A stretch of 32,000 bases of DNA from Candidatus Saccharimonadota bacterium (GTDB taxonomy: Bacteria; Patescibacteriota; Gracilibacteria; Absconditabacterales; Absconditicoccaceae). The DNA is taken from NCBI GenBank assembly GCA_000503875.1, contig CP006913.1, positions 210,001 to 242,000 of the forward strand, given 5' to 3'. The notes beneath the pieces are model-generated. The model searched no databases, was not told where the DNA came from, and saw only the letters and a program-made list of their open reading frames with translations. Below are positions 18,202 through 32,000 of the stretch, piece by piece. Each line of letters starts with the position of its first letter. Position 1 is the stretch's first letter. The translations under genes and the position numbers were made by a program.

Positions 18202-18386
18202 TTGATTTTTATTCGTATTTTGTTAAAAGTACCCCGTAAACCAAAGACCGTAGGCAGTTAATTCTAACAAGAAACATAAGTTCCTACCGAGGATATTCAT
18301 AAAAATCAAGGAAGTATATACTTTCTTTTCTATGTAATAATCTCGATCTTGGTGATCGATTTTTTTAGTTTTAGAAGCATGTGTAA
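18202..18386 (+). promoter_or_regulatory. rplJ promoter candidate plus ~150-nt leader with terminator-like hairpin (possible L10 autoregulatory leader)
   Basis: TTGATT (18202-18207), a 16-nt spacer, then TAAAAG. The leader contains gtagg/cctac pairing (18250-18285 region) and the aagtatatactt palindrome. A tcgatc/gatcga hairpin (18343-18359) is followed by a 7-T run ending about 20 nt before ATG 18387. Confidence 0.3.
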
Positions 18387-18890
18387 ATGGCTATTACCAA
18401 AGACAAGAAAAAAGAGCTTTTGAAGCAGTATGTTGAAAGCCTTAAAAACGCAGGAAGCACGTACGTTATTAAACAAAACGCGATACCTGTAGACGTTTCA
18501 ACAAAAGTAAGAAAAGAAATGAAATTGGCCGATGCTAAATTTAATGTAGTGAGAAAGAGAATATTTCTCAAAGCAGTTGAAGAAGCTGGTTTAGAAAAGA
18601 TTGATTTGGCATTATTGCAATGAGCTACAGTAGCTATATTTGCAAAAGAAGAAGACTTTGCTCCTCTCAAAATTATCAGCAAGTTTGGTAAAGGATTTGA
18701 GAAAGCTTGAGAAAAATCATCATTTGATTTTCTTGGTGGATGGAGTGAAAAACAATGGAAAGATGGTGCATATGTAGCTGAACTAGCAAACATCCCATCA
18801 AAAGAAGAACTTCTTTCCAAATTTATGTACTTGTTGAAGTATCCAGTGCAATCATTTGCATGCGTACTTGATCAGGTTGCAAAAAAATAA
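18387..18890 (+). CDS. rplJ: 50S ribosomal protein L10, 167 aa (TGA=Gly)
   Basis: Track ORF 18387-18623 continues in frame through 2 TGA to TAA at 18888-18890. L10-like features are present (LLQ-G-ATVAIFAKE, LANIPSKEELLSKF), and the gene sits directly upstream of rplL. Confidence 0.9.
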
Positions 18891-18958
18891 GCATAGCTTC
18901 TGCTTGCTTAATATCTATGTATTAGATTATTCTTTATTTATATTATTATACTATAAGA

Positions 18959-19339
18959 ATGGAATTGACAACAAACGCACAAAAAGTATTGGATCTTATA
19001 TCAGAAATGAATCCAGTAGAATTAAATGGACTTGTAAAAGCTATTGAAGAAAAATTTGGAGTTAGCGCTGCTGCTATGGTAGTTGCTGGTGGAGCTGCTA
19101 CTGCTGATGCTGGAGCTGCTGCTGCTTCTGATTCTGTTAATGTTGAATTGACAGATGCAGGACAACAAAAAATTGCTGTTATTAAAGTAGTAAAAGAAGC
19201 TTTGAATTTAGGATTAAAAGAAGCTAAAGACTTAGTTGAAAAAGCGCCAGTTATTGTAAAAGAAAATGTTAAACAAGATGAAGCTGATGCATTGAAAGCT
19301 AAATTAGAAGAAGCTGGAGCTACTGTTTCTTTTAAATAG
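18959..19339 (+). CDS. rplL: 50S ribosomal protein L7/L12, 126 aa
   Basis: Intact ORF with an Ala-rich hinge ([21 protein letters not shown]) and a C-terminal domain [43 protein letters not shown]. Confidence 0.97.
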   Translation: MELTTNAQKVLDLISEMNPVELNGLVKAIEEKFGVSAAAMVVAGGAATADAGAAAASDSVNVELTDAGQQKIAVIKVVKEALNLGLKEAKDLVEKAPVIVKENVKQDEADALKAKLEEAGATVSFK

Positions 19340-19388
19340 TTTTTCCTATTTGCTAAGTATTTCTTTATTTATTACGCAATTTTAGAGT

Positions 19389-20051
19389 ATGAGCATAACT
19401 ACAAAAGAAGTCGTTGATGCACAACTTCACATTGGTACATTAAAAAGTGAAGCACATCCTAAAACGTCAAAGTTTTGGGCTGATGTTGTTAATGGAGTGG
19501 TCGTTGTGAGTCCAGATGCAATAGTAAGCCAATTAGAAGCTGCTAAAGAAAAAATTCAAAAAGCAAAACAACAAGGAAAAGAAGTACTTGTAGTTTCAGA
19601 AAAGAAAATGTATGCAGAAGAATTGGAAGCATTGGGAACTAAATATGGAGTTAGTTATTTGAATTACAAAGTTCCTGGTGGATTTTTGACAAATTTTGAT
19701 ACATTGAAAAAAAGAATAGAATCAATGAATTCTATGGAACGCTTTTTGGAAACAGATACATATAATTCTTTAACAAAGAAAGAACAACTTGTATACAAAA
19801 GAAAGCTTGCTAGAGTATTCAAAATTTACAAATGAGTTAAAAATCTATCAAAAAAACCTGATTTGGTTGTAGTTTTGGATGGTTTAATGATGGAAAATTT
19901 TGTAAATGAAGTGGAAAAGCAAAAGGAAGTAGAGTCTATTCTCATTTGTGGAACAAATTTTCCAAGATGGTGGAAAGAAGATAGTTTGATTATTGCAAAT
20001 ATCAATAGTCATAAAAGTGTAGATTATATACTAACAAATATCTTATCTTAA
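19389..20051 (+). CDS. rpsB: 30S ribosomal protein S2 (divergent), 220 aa (TGA=Gly)
   Basis: Track ORFs 19389-19835 and 19863-20051 are in frame and joined by one TGA. S2-like features are HIGT..HPK, VLVVSEKK, VPGGFLTNF and PDLVVVLD. tsf is found downstream. Confidence 0.8.
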
Positions 20052-20061
20052 TCATTTGCTT

Positions 20062-20574
20062 ATGGATCAACAAAATCAATTAGAAATACCGGCAATACCT
20101 GTTGGTATTCAATCTTCACAAGAACAATACGTCCCAAGCAGTGTCGAAAAGAAAAAAGCACTGATGATGTATTTTCTTTTTGGTATAATTATCGTTATCT
20201 CCAATAAGAAGGTCAATGATTTTGAATTTTTCCATGTAAAACAAGCGATGTGACGATGGATGGTGTTTATTTTAAGTATATTAGTCTCTACTATTATCTT
20301 ATTTATTCCTCTGATTAAAGTAGTAGGAATACTTTGGTTATTGATAGTAATGGGGATATTTATTTTCCTTGCAAAACAAGCATGGGACGGTAAATATTAT
20401 CAAGATGTAACTAAATATAGTTTAGGTATATTTCCTTCATTATGAACATGGCTATTTTGATTGTTTGGTATTAGTTTCAATGATATGGAGCTTAATCAAT
20501 CAATACAAAATCAACCGCCTCAAAGCCAACCGTCTCAACCAATACAAGACCAAAATAATCAAAATAAATCTTAA
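20062..20574 (+). CDS. DUF4870-like small membrane protein with Gln/Pro-rich tail, 170 aa (TGA=Gly)
   Basis: Track ORFs 20056-20253 and 20260-20445 are in frame; 3 TGA; TAA at 20572-20574. It has TM helices and the FFHVKQA motif I recall from that family. The tail is NQSIQNQPPQSQPSQPIQDQNNQNKS. It is inserted between rpsB and tsf. Confidence 0.55.
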
Positions 20575-20604
20575 TTGTTAATTTTTAATTATTAACTATT
20601 ATGT

Positions 20605-21402
20605 ATGGCAATAGATATGACACTTCTCAAAAAATTGAGAGATGCTACCTTTGCTCCATTAGGAGACTGTAAACAAGCTCTTGAAGAAGCAAATGGAGAT
20701 TTCGATCAAGCTCAAGAAATTTTGAGAAAAAAAGGAATATTAAAAGCTGGTAAAAAAGCAGAAAGAGAAACTAACGAAGGTAATGTGAAACTTATCCAAA
20801 AAGATGGATGGTTAGCGGGGATTAAACTTCTTTGTGAAACAGATTTCGTAGCAAAAAACGAAACATTTGCAGAATTGATTGATCTTTTGTTAGAAAAAAT
20901 CATTGCTCATAAATCTGAAGTAACAAGTTTGGAAACAATAGATGCTGGATTATTAGAATCATTACAAACAATAATTGCAGAGTTTATTGGAAAAATTTGA
21001 GAAAACGTTCAAATTGGAGCTGTTATCTTAAACAATAAAACTGCATATGTATATAATCATCCAGGAAATAAAGTTGCTTCTATTATCTATTACGAAGGTA
21101 CAGATAATGGAATAGCTAAAGAACTTGCGTTACAAGTTGCTGCAATGAATCCAACATATCTTTCTTTTGATGATATTTCTACTCAAGAAAAAGAAGAATT
21201 GTTGACACAATATCGTGAAGAAATGGCTACAAGTGGAAAACCAGCAAATATTATTGACCAAATAATAGAAGGTAAATTAAGAAAAACATTGGGAGAATCT
21301 GTTTTGCTAGAACAAGAATACATTAGAGATGGAGGAAAAAAGGTAAAAGATCTTATCTCAGGTGATTTTGTAGTAAAATGATTCGTTAGGTTATCTATTT
21401 AG
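20605..21402 (+). CDS. tsf: Elongation factor Ts, 265 aa (TGA=Gly)
   Basis: Track ORFs 20605-21000 and 21145-21381 are in frame. The N-terminal UBA-like region is LKKLRDATFAPLGDCKQALEEANGDFDQAQEILRKKG. CETDFVAKNE and LALQVAAMNP are also present. Stop is TAG at 21400-21402. Confidence 0.92.
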
Positions 21403-21434
21403 ATTACATATTTTTATTTCTAGTATTATGTACC

Positions 21435-22001
21435 ATGAAAAATTATGAACTTGTCTTGTTGTTGAATCCATCTGTTCAAGAAAAAGAACAAAAGGAATTT
21501 CTTGCAAGTTTGGAAAAAGAAATACAAAAGAATATCGTTGAAAAAGACGATATAGGATTGTTGACTTTGGCTCATGACTTGTGAGAAAAGAAATGAAACA
21601 ACAAATTTTATTTTGTGTCATATTATCTCAATGCAGATACAGATATTTCACAAAAAATAAATCAATTTCTTTTGTATAACAAAATAGTATACAGATATTC
21701 TTTGTATTCTATGAACAAAACAGAAACACCTCTTTCTTTTCAACAAACACAACAAGAAATGCAAAAAGTTATTGATGGACGAGTAGAAAAGAAGAAAGGA
21801 AACAAAATGACGTTTTTTACTAAACCAGAAAATGAAAAATACGTTTCTTGGAAATCATTACCTATGCTCAAAAAATATATGACGAGGTTTGGTGATATTA
21901 AACCAAGAAAATATACAGGAAACCCAGTAGGTGTTCAAAAAAACTTGAGAAAAGTTATTATAAGAACAAGAGAAATGGGGCTTCTTGAATACGTAAAATA
22001 A
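21435..22001 (+). CDS. rpsF-rpsR: Ribosomal protein S6 - S18 in-frame fusion, 188 aa (TGA=Gly)
   Basis: ATG 21435. The first ~95 residues are S6-like (MKNYELVLLLNPSV.., DIGLLTLAHDL-G-EKK-G-NNKFYFVSYYLNAD). The last ~65 residues are S18-like (YVSWKSLPMLKKYMTRFGDIKPRKYTGNPVGVQKNLRKVIIRTREMGLLEYV). I read it codon by codon; only two TGA codons and no TAA/TAG occur between the two parts. Confidence 0.8.
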
Positions 22002-22045
22002 GCTCATAGTTTATAGTAAATAACTTTATATTTTTATATGTAATT

Positions 22046-22204
22046 ATGGCGAGTAAATTAAGAAGGGTTAGAAAATATTCCCGAAGAAAAAGACTCACTA
22101 AACACGGGTTTAGAGAAAGACTTCAAACAAAAAATGGTAAAAAGTTGTTAGCTAGAAGAAGAGCTAAAGGAAGAAAAAGCTTAACAGTTCAAAGAAAGAA
22201 ATAA
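22046..22204 (+). CDS. rpmH: 50S ribosomal protein L34, 52 aa
   Basis: [48 protein letters not shown] matches the L34 consensus (HGFR.R..T..G..vL.RRRaKGRk.Ltv). It is absent from the ORF track because it is shorter than the cutoff. Confidence 0.9.
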   Translation: MASKLRRVRKYSRRKRLTKHGFRERLQTKNGKKLLARRRAKGRKSLTVQRKK

Positions 22205-22300
22205 TTTTCGTCGAAAAAGAAATTCTACGTGAACCTAGACGATGTACAAGAAAAGAAATGAATGCACTCTTGTTTATTTTCTTAATGAAAAATAAAACCA

Positions 22301-26020
<3,720 letters not shown>

Positions 26021-26026
26021 TGGTTT

Positions 26027-26067
26027 AGAACATTAGGTATATTTTTCGATAAGTATCCTAATGTTCT
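26027..26067 (+). other. Intercistronic stem-loop between rpoB and rpoC
   Basis: A perfect 11-bp stem pairs agaacattagg (26027-26037) with cctaatgttct (26057-26067). The 19-nt interior can pair further. No T-run follows, so it is not a canonical terminator. Confidence 0.5.
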
Positions 26068-26108
26068 CCATTCTATAAAATATCATTTTAATTTTTTTTA
26101 AACAAAGC

Positions 26109-29921
<3,813 letters not shown>

Positions 29922-29991
29922 AATCTCTTGAAATACACTCGTAAATAAATAAAAGTAAAAACTGTCAATTTTTAATTTGTTTTTGAATAGT

Positions 29992-30264
29992 ATGGCACAC
30001 AAAAAAGCTGGTTGATCATCCGAAAACCTAAGAGACTCGAATCCAAAATATAGAGGAGTCAAAGTATTTGGAGGACAAACCATATCAGCAGGAAACATCA
30101 TAATTAGACAAAAAGGATCTAAATATGAGTGTGGAAAAAACACTTATGCTGGAAAGGATTTTTCTATTCATGCAGCCGTAGATGGGACTGTCTCTTTTTC
30201 TAAGAAAAATTTTGAAAGATTCGATGGAAGAAGATATCTCAAAACAGTTGTAAATGTAGAGTAA
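29992..30264 (+). CDS. rpmA: 50S ribosomal protein L27, 90 aa (TGA=Gly)
   Basis: MAHKKAG-[TGA 30013-30015]-SSENLRDSNPKYRGVKVFGGQTISAGNIIIRQKGSKY matches the L27 N-terminal consensus MAHKKAGGS. Stop is TAA at 30262-30264. Confidence 0.93.
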
Positions 30265-30291
30265 TTTTAATTTTATTAGTAATTGTAAAAG

Positions 30292-30522
30292 ATGACTATC
30301 GGTCCAAAGAAAAAAATATCCAAAACAGCTAGTCGTACAAGACACGCAACGTGGGAAACGATCAATCTTAAAAGAATGACAGCAACCTACCAAGTGGGAA
30401 AATGTTCAAACTGTGGAGCAAGAAAACTCGCTCACAGAGTTTGTCCTGTATGTGGATATTACAAAGGGAAACAAGTAATTACTATCAAAGCAAAAGGTGG
30501 AGAAAAAGTAATTGATGCCTAA
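30292..30522 (+). CDS. rpmF: 50S ribosomal protein L32, 76 aa
   Basis: [17 protein letters not shown] followed by the zinc-ribbon [25 protein letters not shown] matches the L32 pattern. Confidence 0.9.
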   Translation: MTIGPKKKISKTASRTRHATWETINLKRMTATYQVGKCSNCGARKLAHRVCPVCGYYKGKQVITIKAKGGEKVIDA

Positions 30523-30581
30523 ATTGTTTAAGAAAGTACATATATCAACAATTAATTCTTAACTACTAATAATCACCTTGT

Positions 30582-31121
30582 ATGAATATAAGAAAAAGAA
30601 TTAATGCAAGAAAAGTGGCGCTGTCATATATTTATCAGCACTGCTTTTTTTGAAATCTCTTACATCACAAGTCCGCAATTGATGAATCTTTATTCATCGA
30701 TAATATTTTCCAAACACAAACAGAAAAGTTTGCAAAAGAAAAGGATGATTTTCTAGAAAAAATTGAAATATATCATCAATTCCCATTTGAAGAGCATGTG
30801 GAAGAATTTGTGGAAACATTCTTTGATGAGTGGACAAAGGAAGATATCGATTTTGATTATTTACTCAAGGTTGTTCCAGCAACATTTACCTTAGAGTCTG
30901 AACTTAGAGAAGAAGTAAATAAATATGCACAAACATTTTCTTATGACGACATGGATGTTATTGATAGAGGATTGTTCTTGTTGGGATACGCAGAATGGAA
31001 AGTATTACAAACCCCAAAAGAAGTAATTATCAATGAACTCATAGAATTAGCAAAAAGATATTCAGATGAAGGAGCTCCAAGGCTTCTCAACGGTATTATG
31101 CATAAAATTATAATGAACTAA
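30582..31121 (+). CDS. nusB: Transcription antitermination factor NusB, 179 aa (TGA=Gly)
   Basis: ATG 30582; one TGA; in frame with track ORF 30798-31121. NusB-like strings are ARKVALSYIYQ, DVIDRGLFLLGYAEW, PKEVIINELIELAKRYSDEGAPRLLNGIMHKI. Confidence 0.8.
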
Positions 31122-31147
31122 AGCTTACCGCAAGGTAAGTTTTTTTG
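31122..31147 (+). terminator. Rho-independent terminator
   Basis: The stem is gcttacc/ggtaag(t) with a gcaa loop, followed by a 7-T run, immediately after the nusB stop. Confidence 0.7.
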
Positions 31148-31205
31148 TTTGCAATAATCTTGCTTTTTACTATACTCAAAGACACATTTTTAGTGAAGAA
31201 AGCGA

Positions 31206-32000
31206 ATGATGATAATAGGAAATCAAGAAGCAAGAAATCGTCTTCAAACTTACTTAGAGCAGCATGCTGTTGCAAGCTCTGGGCAAGTGAGTTTTTTCCT
31301 GTTATATGGGCCTGCCAATATTGGCAAAGCTGCTATCGCACTCGAGCTTGCCCAGTCATATCTATGAATATATGCTCAATGATGACTTTTACATATCAAA
31401 GATATGTCAGCAATTCTCGGTAAAAAACATTCAATAAAAATCGCAGAAAAATCTGAAACAGAGGAATATAAAACATTATATGAAGAGCACCACTACCAAG
31501 ATTTATGAGTCAGAGAAATAAATAATTGGCTACAGCAATCAGCCTTCGGTTGATCAAAAATTCTTCTTATAGAAAATATTGAAAGAATGACTTCTGAAGC
31601 AACCAATGCTTTTCTCAAAGCTTGTGAAGAACCACTTCCAAATAGAGTTATTATCGCTACGACTTCCAATAAATCAAAAATATTGGAAACTATCCTTTCA
31701 AGAGCTATTTCGATTCCATTTTCTCCCTTATCAGAACAAGAAATGGAACAATATATCAAAGAAAAAAATATCCAGATACATTCTCCTGAGGTCAAGGAAT
31801 TGCTTATTATGATGGCAATGGGTAAGCCAGGAACATTAGAAAATTTCGCAGAGCAACTTGCCAAGGACGAAGAGCGACAAAACGATATTCAAAAACTGAT
31901 AAAAATACTTCCTTATCCATGAAAAATCGTAGAAAAATACAAAATCTTTGAAAAATTTAAAGAACAAGGAATTCTGGAACAGTTCTTAGACGGTTGGATT
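31206..32000 (+). CDS. holB: DNA polymerase III delta-prime subunit (clamp-loader AAA+), 3' partial (TGA=Gly)
   Basis: ATG 31206 in frame 0, with 6 in-frame TGA. Diagnostic strings are FFLLYGPANIGKAAIALELA, KILLIENIERMTSEATNAFLKACEEPLPN and ATTSNKSKILETILSRAISIPFSPL (SRC-like motif). The gene runs off the window end. Confidence 0.8.

Noticed and set aside
18371-18820. 149-aa minus-strand ORF in the track, and similar ones at 22282-22827 (-), 6283-6681 (+), 8934-9356 (+), 10386-10670 (+) and 1453-1701 (-)
   Set aside because: They lie antisense to well-supported genes (rplJ, rpoB, the histidine kinase, the ATPase, the 1271-2320 CDS). They have low-complexity or implausible sequences and are shadow ORFs typical of AT-rich DNA.
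21615-22001. Track ORF (128 aa from GTG 21615) taken as a stand-alone S18 gene
   Set aside because: Under table 25 the frame is open back to ATG 21435, and the upstream part is a recognisable S6 domain. The GTG start is an artefact of the TGA at 21594-21596. An internal S18 start cannot be excluded but is not required.
30034-30044. gactcgaatcc resembles a tRNA T-arm (GTTCGAATC-like)
   Set aside because: It lies inside the rpmA coding frame (RDSNPK) and has no flanking acceptor or anticodon stems. No tRNA could be folded here or in any intergenic region of the window.

Overview
AT-rich bacterial window that only makes sense when TGA is read as glycine (translation table 25, known from Absconditabacteria/SR1 and Gracilibacteria/BD1-5 in the CPR/Patescibacteria). 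The supplied ORF track uses the standard code, so it splits most genes. Fragments of each gene share one frame and are separated only by TGA, never TAA or TAG. These TGA codons fall on invariant glycines in RpoB, RpoC, L27, PheS, pyruvate kinase, ABC and histidine-kinase motifs. After re-stitching, the window holds three parts. (1) 1-3000 is an accessory cluster of secreted or membrane orphan proteins with very high TGA density; the first is a YHYH-motif protein with four Cys-rich repeats. (2) 3000-18000 is a mixed block: a DNA-alkylation-repair protein, a TGA-free membrane-protein operon, a soluble PAS histidine kinase, a 987-aa VirD4/TraD-like ATPase with a C-terminal S1 domain, an archaeal-type AMP phosphorylase, a pyruvate kinase lacking the C domain, pheS followed by a small His/Cys-tailed protein, a 550-nt structured intergenic region, and an FtsE-like ATPase. 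(3) 18387-32000 is an all-plus-strand translation/transcription cluster: rplJ-rplL-rpsB-membrane protein-tsf-(S6-S18 fusion)-rpmH-rpoB-rpoC-rpmA-rpmF-nusB-holB. No rRNA, tRNA, CRISPR array or mobile element was recognised. Main leads are the recoding itself and its uneven use across genes, the in-frame S6-S18 fusion, the coupling-protein-like ATPase with S1 domain, the Cys-rich repeat exoprotein and the His/Cys-tailed protein.
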